34,412 nucleotides of DNA, taken from a virus. Lineage: Duplodnaviria; Caudoviricetes. The position numbers and the translations under genes are program-made. Shown piece after piece: positions 17,501 to 26,528 of this stretch. Below the pieces are notes generated by a model. It had not been told where the DNA came from, did not search any database, and saw only the letters and a list, made by a program, of their open reading frames with translations. Numbering within the stretch: the stretch's first letter is position 1; every line of letters begins with the position of its first letter. Location of the stretch: the IMG/VR virus record IMGVR_UViG_3300020449_000326, positions 1 through 34,412 of that record; one strand, 5' to 3'.

Positions 17501-18567
17501 TCACCTGTTCTTTCTACAGAAAAAGCTATGTTTGGTATATCAAAGTTTTGTAAAAAATTACCATAAACTAATCTACCACCAGCAACTTCTTGTGCTTGAG
17601 CTTTTAGTGGAACAGCATCATATACTCTTGTTAATTGATCAGAGGGTAATGTTCTAAATGGATCAGTTGATGAATATGTAAAGTTAACAAATGGTTCTGT
17701 TGTAACTTCTTGATCTTGAACAACATATAAGGAAGGACTTCCTGATTCTTTATATATTAACTCTACATTTTTTATACCATAGCCTACAGGCGTAGGAATT
17801 TGTAATTGTACTTGATTAATTGCATTAACAAAAGTTTCTATTTCACCAAAATCACTTAAACTTGTGTTTATAGTATCTGTTTCATTTAATCTTGAAAAAC
17901 AAATAGGTGTAAAAGGAGCTAGAATGCTATATTCATTGTCTTCAAATTGCCATCTATAAGAAAATCTTATTAACTTATTTTGCATAAAGTTAGAAGAAAT
18001 ACTTGATTCTTTTGTTGCTGTAACAAGAGTTGGAGATTCATAAGGTGCAAACTTACATACTGAAATTAAATTATCAATATCTCCAACTGAACCATAATAA
18101 CTTGTATTATTTCTTGCTGTAACAACATTAATTTTTCTTGGAGCATTTCTATTATCAGTAAAGAATAAAAGATCATCAACAATATTGACTCCAGTAATGG
18201 GATATGATGTATGAAAGTTTAATTGTGGAGAAACTAATAAGCCTGTAGTTTGATTTGTTTTTTGATCATATTCAAATATACCATGATTACCCGTGTTAGT
18301 TTCATTATATATAGAGTTATTAGTTACAAAGAAATATATTTTTTCAGAATTAGAATCACTTACATATCCAATACAAGTTCCCCCTGTTAATCCAGTAACA
18401 GTAACAAGCTTATTACCTAATAAATTTTCTATAGCTCCTACGTCAGAGCTTTCTGATTGGCCTATATTTATATTTAAACCTTCTCGATATTCTCCTGCCG
18501 GTACTATTCTTTCATCTAAATCTCGGCTCATTTTACCGACATTAAACGCTCTTTTTATTTCTGGCAT
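14590..18567 (-). CDS. Tail stabilisation/tail tubular (nozzle) protein with C-terminal Ig-like and BACON-like domains
   Basis: GKMSRDLDER, LFFTDNRNAPRKIN, FSYRWQFEDNEYS, RLVYGNF, SVKSRRTYQVGIV, FTDKNRG and GWTSF motifs, then a Thr/Val-rich beta region ending SWLKI...NTTGSSRTANIV...INVTQAG. Confidence 0.8.
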   Translation of the reverse strand: MPEIKRAFNVGKMSRDLDERIVPAGEYREGLNINIGQSESSDVGAIENLLGNKLVTVTGLTGGTCIGYVSDSNSEKIYFFVTNNSIYNETNTGNHGIFEYDQKTNQTTGLLVSPQLNFHTSYPITGVNIVDDLLFFTDNRNAPRKINVVTARNNTSYYGSVGDIDNLISVCKFAPYESPTLVTATKESSISSNFMQNKLIRFSYRWQFEDNEYSILAPFTPICFSRLNETDTINTSLSDFGEIETFVNAINQVQLQIPTPVGYGIKNVELIYKESGSPSLYVVQDQEVTTEPFVNFTYSSTDPFRTLPSDQLTRVYDAVPLKAQAQEVAGGRLVYGNFLQNFDIPNIAFSVERTGETSARNTVLTNQSVKSRRTYQVGIVLADKFGRQSPVILSSSGTDTVFVDPNTGDSSSTTAFNALRITFTDTTQIPSWAYSYRVVVKQREQEYYNWISVVSGANTVKRLGDSINKIPRDQDAVIPPSTSATISPCDVSVFPKFLNNGNVFTTPQANLTKVQSIGNPSGDALVTTLDNAGNAVTSGLCVFETEPVTTELDIFYETATGGLVNEIPNQAIDIDFFNCILLSFDVVPNAHIEVNRIRAGFNEPFFDVGVKAFAVKENFTQERRFNSLIHSSGLLNSRTGINFINQFNDSAGGLTISLDPLNGSIQKLFADDTKINIFQEDKVSFSPIDKDFIYSAEGGAMPVTSNTQFLGTVAAYPGLYGISKDPQSFTSYGFSQYFTDKNRGSVLRLRQNQIQEISQVGMADFFRDALKQSTSVIGSYDEYSKIYELTLVGSGFDSNEDTNVATASDGYLTVAFDDRSSGWTSFRSFKQEGGLSLNNNYYTFNGGQMWQHHNDTVTRNNFYNAGTAESYVIPIFNDAPSNVKQFNTLSYEGDSGWQLDYIETDIDSCGALPVTANTFNTTLQLSGAAPNSIFDGANTVTAKPTVNVTWAIFVSPLSSQFKFNNVNDVVLTPAAGSNLTVNNPTAITDLDAGGKLVFLIQHTTGNSDTVQTLNITGNGASLAFTVALLTVNTIDTIAFSALTPASQVFNNAGPNNIVFSTAAFSNYYIDNSNITINTTNMPASTNVGTPTNVRNGDNLTYTIPVTVPTSATAGIVTVGGTATLKPLLTWATVPVPGVLATPSGTLAGTAYYISPFEAATRRFATITYTASATTKVLLLDAFSATYNVAGTVITKTQSNQDGVLVLNVQLPVITSDTTATATITGAGEVAATLGAIPATQSLNTGGTSVTISNTWTVDISITPSISWLKINGVFGVGVADPTQTFTISADPNTTGSSRTANIVIATTNTRVTGISPHTINVTQAG

Positions 18568-18576
18568 AAAATTATA

Positions 18577-19500
18577 TTAATGTTTAATCCACTTAGCTTT
18601 ATTACGGAAAATATTAGTCATTTCTTGTACCTTCATATTAGATAATCTAATCTTTGCATTTCGCATTTTAGCAGCCGCTTCTTGTTTATATAAACCAGAT
18701 GCAGCACTTGCTCTTGTTCTTATTTTAGATAAATTATATAATATATTAGACATAACAGCATCTTCGGCCATTTTAGGTACAAACACATTGTCAAAATCAC
18801 CATTATTACCTAATCCATCAGATATATATCTTAATGTTACATAAGTGTTTTGAGGAATTACTGAATCAAAATAAATTTGTCCTGCATCTAAATCTAGCAC
18901 AAAACTACCATTTGCATTTTGAAATTGTGGTGTTGATCCATATCTACGGCCATAATATCCAAAATCATCAAAATCATAATATCCACTATAATAATTTAAA
19001 GCTTCTTCAGTATCTACGTGGCTATCTGCATTTTGCCACCTCTGTATAGTTTCAGATTCTTGTGCATAAATTACATTACCATCTTGATCATAAAGATAAT
19101 GATAGTTTTCATCTTGTGCAACACCCTGGTTTGCATGAGTTGTACCACTTGGTAAAATTGTTCTTTCAACACCTGATTTATCTGTATAAGATAATCTTAC
19201 ATAATTTACATAATCAGAAGGTAAAGACATTTGGCGTAAAGAACTTAATTGTATTTCAATTGCTTTTTCAGAATGAAATACATCATAACTAAATTCTTGA
19301 ACTGCTTTTTGTGCCCAAAATGCAACTTCATATCTAGGCACTTTATTAAGAATTTTATCATCACCTACATAAGCTACCATAAAATTATTAATTATATCAT
19401 TTAAATTGGTTCTTCTGTAGTAACCTGGTACAGCGGTGCCATTACCGCCGTCTAATGCAGAATAATTATCTACGTCTAAAGGTTTTCTTGATATTGCCAT
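18577..19500 (-). CDS. Putative head-tail connector/ring protein
   Basis: LPSDYVNY, YISDGL and VPKMAEDA motifs. Position between capsid and tail genes. Confidence 0.65.
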   Translation of the reverse strand: MAISRKPLDVDNYSALDGGNGTAVPGYYRRTNLNDIINNFMVAYVGDDKILNKVPRYEVAFWAQKAVQEFSYDVFHSEKAIEIQLSSLRQMSLPSDYVNYVRLSYTDKSGVERTILPSGTTHANQGVAQDENYHYLYDQDGNVIYAQESETIQRWQNADSHVDTEEALNYYSGYYDFDDFGYYGRRYGSTPQFQNANGSFVLDLDAGQIYFDSVIPQNTYVTLRYISDGLGNNGDFDNVFVPKMAEDAVMSNILYNLSKIRTRASAASGLYKQEAAAKMRNAKIRLSNMKVQEMTNIFRNKAKWIKH

Positions 19501-20216
19501 TATTGTTCAGTTTGTTGAAATTGTACTTCTCTACCTTGTGCAAATCCTGTTACATCACCTTGTTTAATTGTTAATCCAGCATAACCTAATATTGTTACAA
19601 CTAATTCTGGAAACTCAGATGAATCTAATTCAAAATCATAAGATTTTGCTGGAGTATCATAACTATCTGTTGAAGGATCAAATTGAGTATTATCATAAAA
19701 AGGTATAGTACCCTGTAATACATATCCCCACTTTGGTCTTGTAGGATTTTTTAGGTATTCCATTTTAACTCCCGTTGTAACAGTTGTAGGGTATACTGTT
19801 ATGCCTGTTGCATTTACAGTATATACAGGTTGTGTTTTAACAGGATGAGTCAAAGGTGAAAGATTAATATATTTAACATGTTCGTGAGTAGCTTTATCTG
19901 CAACTCTTTCATCCACACTAACTACACCCAACTGTCTTAAATCATTTGGATATGGAAAAATACCATTTGTAATAGTTGGCGTAGCACTTTTATAAAACAA
20001 ATTTACTCTTTCAGCAATATTAGATACAGGATTTGAAAAATCACTTTGAATTCCACCCGCTGTTTGATAAGATGCATCTCTTGCAAAATATGCTTCGAAT
20101 ATTTCGTTTTGTGCTTGATCAGCCATTCTATTAAACTCATCAGGTGTAATATATCCTCTGTTATCTTTATTTGCTAAAATAAGAACTGTTTGATATACGT
20201 TATTAATATTAATCAT
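19500..20216 (-). CDS. Putative head-tail adaptor/ring protein
   Basis: VYQTVL..ANK.NRGYITP.EFN and Y.K.P..PKWGY motifs. Synteny. Confidence 0.65.
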   Translation of the reverse strand: MININNVYQTVLILANKDNRGYITPDEFNRMADQAQNEIFEAYFARDASYQTAGGIQSDFSNPVSNIAERVNLFYKSATPTITNGIFPYPNDLRQLGVVSVDERVADKATHEHVKYINLSPLTHPVKTQPVYTVNATGITVYPTTVTTGVKMEYLKNPTRPKWGYVLQGTIPFYDNTQFDPSTDSYDTPAKSYDFELDSSEFPELVVTILGYAGLTIKQGDVTGFAQGREVQFQQTEQ

Positions 20217-20239
20217 TTATATGTTATTATAATTAGTGA

Positions 20240-20269
20240 ATATAGGGCTGATTTCTCGCCCTATATCCT
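20240..20269 (-). terminator. Stem-loop after the 259-aa gene (weak terminator or processing stem)
   Basis: Minus strand AGGATATAGGGCGA-GAAA-TCAGCCCTATAT, GNRA loop, poor U-tract. Confidence 0.55.
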
Positions 20270-20275
20270 GTAAGC

Positions 20276-21055
20276 TTAATGAAGCTTTTTAACTAATGAT
20301 TTCATTAAATCTACACCATCGTCAGTTTTAAAGTACTGAGCTAATGCCGCATAAGGATGTTGATCAAACGGTACAGTAATTATTTTTTTGCCATTTGCAA
20401 ATTTAAATACTGTATTATCTTCAGTTAAATTAATTATGCCTTGTTCAACTGCTCTATTAGCTAAATTTCTTAATTTTATATCTTCATCTTCTGATAATTC
20501 TATAAATAAAGCAGGTTCACGTCTTGCAAATTTATAAGCATCACGCTTTAATTCTTTAGATGACATAGAAGAAACTGCACTTCCTAATTCAGTTCTCATA
20601 ATAGCTTCTAAATGTTCTATATCTAACTCTTTTACTAATGTTAATGCATCTAATTCAAATTCTAAAATATCAATTTCATCTGCAGCTTTTTTAGCAGTAT
20701 CAACTTCAGTCCATTTTTTATCTTTTAAAGGATGATAAATAGATAAAAGTTTTTGCATAGCTACTTCTGAACGAGGCACCATTAGTGTTCCGTCTTGAAA
20801 CATCACATGAGTTAATGTAACAAATCCTTCTTGTTCATCTACAAATAAAGACTTTTGATTATTTGCTAATCTTATTTCTCTATTCATTTTTAATCCTTCA
20901 TCAAACCACATTAAGGGTTTACGAGGAGTATGTTTTGTTTGTATTGTATAAGAAACAGGCGCATATTGTCCTGTTAATACATAAGTTCTGTCTTTATATA
21001 CCCAATTTTTTTCTATTTCAGTTACAGAACTTCTTGGTTTTGTTTGTGTTGTCAT
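20276..21055 (-). CDS. Conserved capsid-adjacent hypothetical (probably structural) protein
   Basis: 259-aa ORF directly after the MCP. W.YKDR.Y.L, NQKS.FVDEQ and SKELKRD motifs. Confidence 0.7.
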   Translation of the reverse strand: MTTQTKPRSSVTEIEKNWVYKDRTYVLTGQYAPVSYTIQTKHTPRKPLMWFDEGLKMNREIRLANNQKSLFVDEQEGFVTLTHVMFQDGTLMVPRSEVAMQKLLSIYHPLKDKKWTEVDTAKKAADEIDILEFELDALTLVKELDIEHLEAIMRTELGSAVSSMSSKELKRDAYKFARREPALFIELSEDEDIKLRNLANRAVEQGIINLTEDNTVFKFANGKKIITVPFDQHPYAALAQYFKTDDGVDLMKSLVKKLH

Positions 21056-21065
21056 AATAAAATAA

Positions 21066-21106
21066 TATAAAATAAGGATATAGGGCTCCGAAGAGCCCGT
21101 ATCCTA
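21066..21106 (-). terminator. Intrinsic terminator/attenuator after the major capsid gene
   Basis: Minus strand AGGATACGGGCTC-TTCG-GAGCCCTATATCCT then TATTTTAT. C(UUCG)G tetraloop. Confidence 0.8.
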
Positions 21107-21115
21107 TAGTTAAAA

Positions 21116-22711
21116 TTAAGCTTTAAATAATACGAAATTATTAGCAGCTTGAGTAATTAAACATCTTTCACTTAAGTAATTTACTTTCATGATATCGATA
21201 TCAGAACTTGGTGAATCAGTTCCAACAGATCCTGTAATCCAAGATTTGTTTTTTCTGTTCTCAGTTTCTGATGCTCTATATCTAATGTGTAAGAATGGTC
21301 TTTTGATATTTTGGCCTAACTGTTGATCGTAAACAGTAGAAGTTCCAGCAGGAACTAATACACCTTCAACATCACCAAAACCTCCACGAGTTGACCAGTC
21401 ATTTAAGTATTTCCAGTCAGTTTTGTAAAAGTCATAAGAACCTCTTCTATATCCAGTAAACCCTAAATTAAGAGCCATATCTGCACTGTTATTAAATACT
21501 CCATAAGAAGTACCTTTTGTAACACCCGCAGCACCGGCATAATTACCGTTTTGCATTGCAAGAATGTCATCAATTTCTAAAGATAGCTCTCTATTTAAAA
21601 ACAGCATATTTTCTTCAATTGATCCCTGCTTGTCTAATTGCTTAAGTACAGCATCAAAATCTGTAAGTCCACCATTACCTGCACCAGCAGCAGCTTGGCC
21701 ACCAAATCCAGTATAAACGTTTCCTCTTGATTCTAATGCAGCGAAGAACCCTTCAGTACCTCTTGCATTTTGAGCAGCTAATGGTCCGCCAAAAGTACCT
21801 AATGTAATTGCAGCACCTCCAGAGGCGTATTTAACGCCTTCAACCATTGACATTTCTAGCCAGTCTTCCCATCTAAGTCTTACTTCATGCTCAGACTTTA
21901 TATACCATAAATATCCACTAGCTCCATTTTCAGAAGTAACTTCAATCCAACCAATCTGAGCTGTGTCAGATCCGCTGATTTGATAGTTTTCTTTTAATAT
22001 AATAGGAGCATTAGTAAATGTAGCATATCCTGGATCTAAGCTCTCAGTAAAGTTTCCTGTACCTTTAGCAAATTCAGATCCATAGCAAATTGCAGTTACT
22101 CTTTCAGCAGCTAATACTCCACCGTGAGCTTCATAAGCTTGGATTTGGAACATTTGACCACCAGTAGTACCACCACCGCCAACTCCAACATTAGTACAAA
22201 CTCCTTTAATAACAGCACCCGTTCCACCAACTGCTGAAGTAGCATTTGTTTGAACTTGAACCATTACAGTTTGTCCTATTTTAAAGTTAACTTGTTGTGT
22301 TTGAGTAGCTGGGCTAACTCCTAAACTTGCAGGTTGCGTAGTTGGTACTTCAAAGTTAAGTACACCACCTGATGCTCCAGCAGCAGCGATAACCGCTTGT
22401 CCACCACCAGCAACAGGCATAGCGCCTGCAGTTCCTCTTGGGATTACATTTACATATCTAGTGTGTAATCTGCCTTGCTCAGTCCATATAATTTGGTCTG
22501 AAGTAGAAGGCATCTCCGCAGATACCATACGTAAAAAAGAACCGATTGATCTGTTTCCATATCTTTCAACTTCTTTTTCGTATACATCTGGTAAATATTG
22601 TTGTGTCCATTGATCAAAATTTGTATTTGTGAAATCAATGTAGTTTCCGGAGTACAACGTCTTTGTTTGAGTCGGTTGTAATGCAGCCGGAATTCCGCTT
22701 GTAAAAGCCAT
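21116..22711 (-). CDS. Major capsid protein
   Basis: QQYLPDVYEKEVERYGNR, WTEQGRLH, GSDTAQIGW, GYRRGSYDFYKTDWKYLND and LSERCL...ANNF motifs. Portal-scaffold-MCP synteny, followed by a strong terminator. Confidence 0.9.
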   Translation of the reverse strand: MAFTSGIPAALQPTQTKTLYSGNYIDFTNTNFDQWTQQYLPDVYEKEVERYGNRSIGSFLRMVSAEMPSTSDQIIWTEQGRLHTRYVNVIPRGTAGAMPVAGGGQAVIAAAGASGGVLNFEVPTTQPASLGVSPATQTQQVNFKIGQTVMVQVQTNATSAVGGTGAVIKGVCTNVGVGGGGTTGGQMFQIQAYEAHGGVLAAERVTAICYGSEFAKGTGNFTESLDPGYATFTNAPIILKENYQISGSDTAQIGWIEVTSENGASGYLWYIKSEHEVRLRWEDWLEMSMVEGVKYASGGAAITLGTFGGPLAAQNARGTEGFFAALESRGNVYTGFGGQAAAGAGNGGLTDFDAVLKQLDKQGSIEENMLFLNRELSLEIDDILAMQNGNYAGAAGVTKGTSYGVFNNSADMALNLGFTGYRRGSYDFYKTDWKYLNDWSTRGGFGDVEGVLVPAGTSTVYDQQLGQNIKRPFLHIRYRASETENRKNKSWITGSVGTDSPSSDIDIMKVNYLSERCLITQAANNFVLFKA

Positions 22712-22733
22712 AATGTTTTGATTTTAAGTTAAA

Positions 22734-24047
22734 CTATTTCCATTTAATTCGCAACTTATCAGAGGAATCTCCTGAAACAACTCTAATTCTATCACCACTA
22801 TTAGTTGTTATTGTAGCACCTTCCTGTCTAGGATCCATATTTATATTTTTAGCTTTTTTAGCTGACTCTTTTATTGCATCGGCACGGCCTTGCTCATAAA
22901 AATGATTAGCTATTTTATCAGCATTTCTTGCTGTAAATATTGCTTTATGATATTCATTAAGATTGGTGTAATTAGTATCTTTAATATATGGTTGTAAAAA
23001 ATTTGATATATCAGATTGAAACTCTTTAACTTTGCCCGGGTCGTCTACTTTAAACCTGTATTTGTTTTCGCCTACCTTAAAATCAAAACCTTTGAATTCT
23101 TCGTTAAAAACTTTATTAGTTTCATTTAGAAAACTTTTTTTAGCTAAGTTAGTTTGCTCTGCTTGTTGCTTAGATGTATTATAAAAATCAACTGCTTCTT
23201 TATACTCAGAAGGAATATTTTTTTGTTTTGAACTTAACTTAAGATCATTATAATATTTTTCTTTTGTATCATGAAGTAATTGTTGAGCTTTATATACCTC
23301 TTCTTTAAAAGCTAATTGCTTAGCTTTTACGTCAGACGGATCGTCCGCCTCCACATCATATGAAAAGTTTTTATCCATTAAAAATTGAATATCTTCTTTA
23401 TCAAGATGTGGTTTAGTGTATTCGTAATATTCTTTTAAAAGACTTACGTTATCTATTTTAGAATAATCCCTATTTAGTTTTGCATAATCTTCTACTGTTC
23501 CACCAGTTTCTTGCATAAACTGTATAAGCTTATCTACTCCTTCAGGAAGTTCTTGTGTTTTTTCTTCCTGTAATATTTCTTTTTGTTCCGATATGGGCTT
23601 GGTAGCTTGAGGCTTTCTATCCATTCCCTCCTCGTTAGTGTTATTTTCTCCATCTTTAATTAATTCTAACGGTGAATCAGAAGAATCTTCTTTTATTTCC
23701 TCTTTCGACTCTTGAACAGGCCGTACTTCTTCTTCCACTTTTTGTATATCTCCGGTTGGTTTATCCTCAGGTACATCTCTTGTTTCTTGCTCTGGAACGG
23801 CATTTGTTTCTTCTTTTTTTGTTTCTTCTTTTATTTCTTCTTTAGGTGTTGGAGGTTTATCTAAATTAACTTTATAAACTCCATCATCTTGTAATCCATA
23901 TTCAGGTGCAACTTTACCTTCATCAACTGCTTTTTGTAAAACAGCAGCTTCTTTTTTAGCGGGGGTTACAGTTTCAGGATTAATTTCACCTATGTCTTTA
24001 ACATCTATAGATGGTTCTTGTTTGTTATCTTTAACTTCTTCTTTCAT
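22734..24047 (-). CDS. Putative capsid scaffolding protein
   Basis: Long acidic disordered N-terminus, FMQETGG.VEDY..LNRDY and ANHFYEQG.ADA motifs. Lies between portal and MCP. Confidence 0.75.
   Translation of the reverse strand: MKEEVKDNKQEPSIDVKDIGEINPETVTPAKKEAAVLQKAVDEGKVAPEYGLQDDGVYKVNLDKPPTPKEEIKEETKKEETNAVPEQETRDVPEDKPTGDIQKVEEEVRPVQESKEEIKEDSSDSPLELIKDGENNTNEEGMDRKPQATKPISEQKEILQEEKTQELPEGVDKLIQFMQETGGTVEDYAKLNRDYSKIDNVSLLKEYYEYTKPHLDKEDIQFLMDKNFSYDVEADDPSDVKAKQLAFKEEVYKAQQLLHDTKEKYYNDLKLSSKQKNIPSEYKEAVDFYNTSKQQAEQTNLAKKSFLNETNKVFNEEFKGFDFKVGENKYRFKVDDPGKVKEFQSDISNFLQPYIKDTNYTNLNEYHKAIFTARNADKIANHFYEQGRADAIKESAKKAKNINMDPRQEGATITTNSGDRIRVVSGDSSDKLRIKWK
23534..23653 (-). CDS. Overprinted 39-aa basic protein with ArfA-like C-terminal motif (+1 frame of scaffold)
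   Basis: MEKITLTRREWIESLKLPSPYRNKKKYYRKKKHKNFLKE*, ATG after AATTAATTAAAG, TAG stop. Not in the ORF track. Confidence 0.7.
   Translation of the reverse strand: MEKITLTRREWIESLKLPSPYRNKKKYYRKKKHKNFLKE
23693..23803 (-). CDS. Overprinted 36-aa basic protein MPFQSKKQ... (+1 frame of scaffold)
   Basis: MPFQSKKQEMYLRINQPEIYKKWKKKYGLFKSRKRK*, A-rich leader. Resembles a recalled family of standalone small phage proteins (MPFKS.KQ..Y...N.PEI...W...YG). Confidence 0.7.
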   Translation of the reverse strand: MPFQSKKQEMYLRINQPEIYKKWKKKYGLFKSRKRK

Positions 24048-24078
24048 AATTGTATATAATAAAATAATTGTTTAATAT

Positions 24079-26526
24079 TTAAGATGCTTCAAATCGGCCC
24101 ATATCAAAACCGCCTAAAGTATCATTACCTTTTGATTCAAAATCTTTAACTGGTTCATCAGTATTTGGTGCACCACTTAGTTTTCCAGATGTTTTAAGTT
24201 TAACATCTTCTCTTATAAGTTCACGCTGCAGCATTGATTTATTGCTTCTTTCCGCTAACTCCATTTGAGATTTTAATTCAAGTTCTTTAAGTTGAACATT
24301 TAAATTAAATTCATATTGCATCAATTCTTTTTTAGCCCTTGTTTCTATTTCCATTTTTCTAATGTCCATTTCATTTTCAGCTGTTGATAATTGAATTTTA
24401 GATTCTGTTTTTATTTGTTCTGATTGTGCTTTGGCCTCTTCAATTTGTATTTGTGCTTGTCCTTGAGCTTCTGCTTGAGCTCTTGATGCAGCTTGTGCTT
24501 GTGCTTGGTCTGAAGCTTGTTTTGCAGCTCTTCTAAATTTTAGCAATTGATTAGCTAATTTTAAGTTTTTAACTTCTCTAACATCAATTGCATCTTCTAA
24601 ATGTATACTATCTTTTGATAAAGCTACTTGTATATTGTTTTCTAAAATTTGTTTTTCATTTTCATCAGGTTCCAATTCTAAAAATATACCAAAGTCATGT
24701 AAATTTAAATTAGTTAATTCTTCTAATGAACCCACAGAAAATTGCCCTAAAGAATCTATAAACATTTCTTTAGTAGGGTGATATTCTAATACGTCTTTAA
24801 ATCTTAAAGAAATAGCTTCAGCTAAACAAGTGGTTATAAACATACTAGCTTGCAATATGTGTCTTGTTGCTACATTACTATTTGCAGCAGCTAATTTTTG
24901 TACACCTACAAGAGAATATTGATCTGGATCTGCCGCATCCCTTGCTTCATTTAAACCAGTAACGTCTCTTATCATTTGTATATATTGATTATAAGCACCA
25001 ATTAATACTTGTATTTGATTACCACCACCTCCTGGTAATTCTTGAATAGGTATAGCACCATTATTTCTTTCACCTTCCATAGTCAAAGATCTACCAATTA
25101 TAGATCCTGTTTGGAAATACATATTTAATGCTTCTTGAGGATTATAATTTGTACCGTTACCTAAATCAATCTCAGCAAGACCATCAGCGTCAACATATAC
25201 ACCTGATGGTGTCATTCTTTGTATAGCTTGCTGAAGTTTCAAATGAGTTAACTGAATTAAATCAGCATATGCTGTCATTTTTGAAACTAAAGATGTAATG
25301 TTGCCTTTATACATTCTAGGTGCACTAACAACATAATTCATCATTACTTTATTTATATTATTAGTAGGTCTTATCATATTTGTAGCTTTTTGCCATTTTA
25401 AAATATAATCAGTACCTAATATTAATACACCTTCATAAACAACCTCTCTTGTTTGTTTTACTTTTTCAAATCTAGTTCTTTTATCTTTAGGAGGATTAAA
25501 AGAATCATCTTTTGCAATAGCTTTTTTACCACCGGTTGGAACTTCTTTTATTTTGTATACATCATGTTCCCATGTTTTCCAATTAAAATATAAAACATTT
25601 AATGTATTTTTTGCAGCTAGCTCACTTTGATTATAAAAATTATGATTAGGATCATTATAATCATTCCAGCGTGAACTTTTATTTACAAGTTCTTCTATTT
25701 CTTCATTAGGTAATCCTGGAAATTCTTTTTTAAGTTCATTAACTTTTATACATTTTACTTCACCAAAATAATAACAATCTTGAAAATTAGGATCGTCAGT
25801 ATAAGAATAAACTAAATTAGCTGGATCAACATAATCAACAACAACACCGTCGGTATTATTAAAAGAATGTTTAGTTGCACCTATTCCTAAAACGGTTAAA
25901 TCATAATCAACACGTTTTTTAATTTCTTCATATTTATTAGCTTTAAAAATATTATCTAAAGCTTCTTCTTCTGCCATTTCAATACCTTGCTTATAGTTAA
26001 GCTGCATATATAGTTCAAGCTCTTCTGTATTAGCGGGTAATTCATTTACAGCAAAATTTCTAGCAGATACTCCTAATTTTGTTTCTATATCTAATAATAA
26101 ACTAGCTGTATTTAAATCTTGTTGTACATCATTAACAAATTTAGTTCGTTTACCAGTAGAAATATTATCTTGACCAACCGCTTTAATAGAAAATAATCTA
26201 TCTTGCATTCCATTTACAACTAAATCAACAAACTTAGGTATTATTGGAACTGGTTTCCAATCTAAGTTAAGATAAGATAAATCACCATTAATTGCAAATT
26301 CATCTTTATATTTTCTAATTGATTGTTCTCCACGAGCATATAATCTTAGCCTATGAGCCTCTTGTCTAGAATTGTAAAATTTCCCTATGCCATTGTTATC
26401 TTTATTGAACCATTCTTGCTCAATAGCTCTTCCCACAGATAACCCATACTTTTCGGTTTGCTTTTCTGCATCGGAAACTGCTTGACTTGGAAATTGTGTT
26501 AAAACTTTTCCTTTTAATTTTGCCAT
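24079..26526 (-). CDS. Portal protein
   Basis: RLYARGEQS, LDWKPVPIIPKFVD, YVDPAN and RDVTGLNEARD motifs, Gln-rich C-terminal coiled coil, directly downstream of terL. Confidence 0.9.
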   Translation of the reverse strand: MAKLKGKVLTQFPSQAVSDAEKQTEKYGLSVGRAIEQEWFNKDNNGIGKFYNSRQEAHRLRLYARGEQSIRKYKDEFAINGDLSYLNLDWKPVPIIPKFVDLVVNGMQDRLFSIKAVGQDNISTGKRTKFVNDVQQDLNTASLLLDIETKLGVSARNFAVNELPANTEELELYMQLNYKQGIEMAEEEALDNIFKANKYEEIKKRVDYDLTVLGIGATKHSFNNTDGVVVDYVDPANLVYSYTDDPNFQDCYYFGEVKCIKVNELKKEFPGLPNEEIEELVNKSSRWNDYNDPNHNFYNQSELAAKNTLNVLYFNWKTWEHDVYKIKEVPTGGKKAIAKDDSFNPPKDKRTRFEKVKQTREVVYEGVLILGTDYILKWQKATNMIRPTNNINKVMMNYVVSAPRMYKGNITSLVSKMTAYADLIQLTHLKLQQAIQRMTPSGVYVDADGLAEIDLGNGTNYNPQEALNMYFQTGSIIGRSLTMEGERNNGAIPIQELPGGGGNQIQVLIGAYNQYIQMIRDVTGLNEARDAADPDQYSLVGVQKLAAANSNVATRHILQASMFITTCLAEAISLRFKDVLEYHPTKEMFIDSLGQFSVGSLEELTNLNLHDFGIFLELEPDENEKQILENNIQVALSKDSIHLEDAIDVREVKNLKLANQLLKFRRAAKQASDQAQAQAASRAQAEAQGQAQIQIEEAKAQSEQIKTESKIQLSTAENEMDIRKMEIETRAKKELMQYEFNLNVQLKELELKSQMELAERSNKSMLQRELIREDVKLKTSGKLSGAPNTDEPVKDFESKGNDTLGGFDMGRFEAS

Positions 26527-26528
26527 AT

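Noticed and set aside
3645-20900. Numerous + strand ORFs opposite structural genes
   Set aside because: Antisense shadows rich in F/S/L/I, with no initiation context.
22450-22638. 62-aa +1 ORF in the MCP gene
   Set aside because: TTG start, and the C-ending codon bias of a highly expressed gene can explain the open frame. Not excluded but unsupported.
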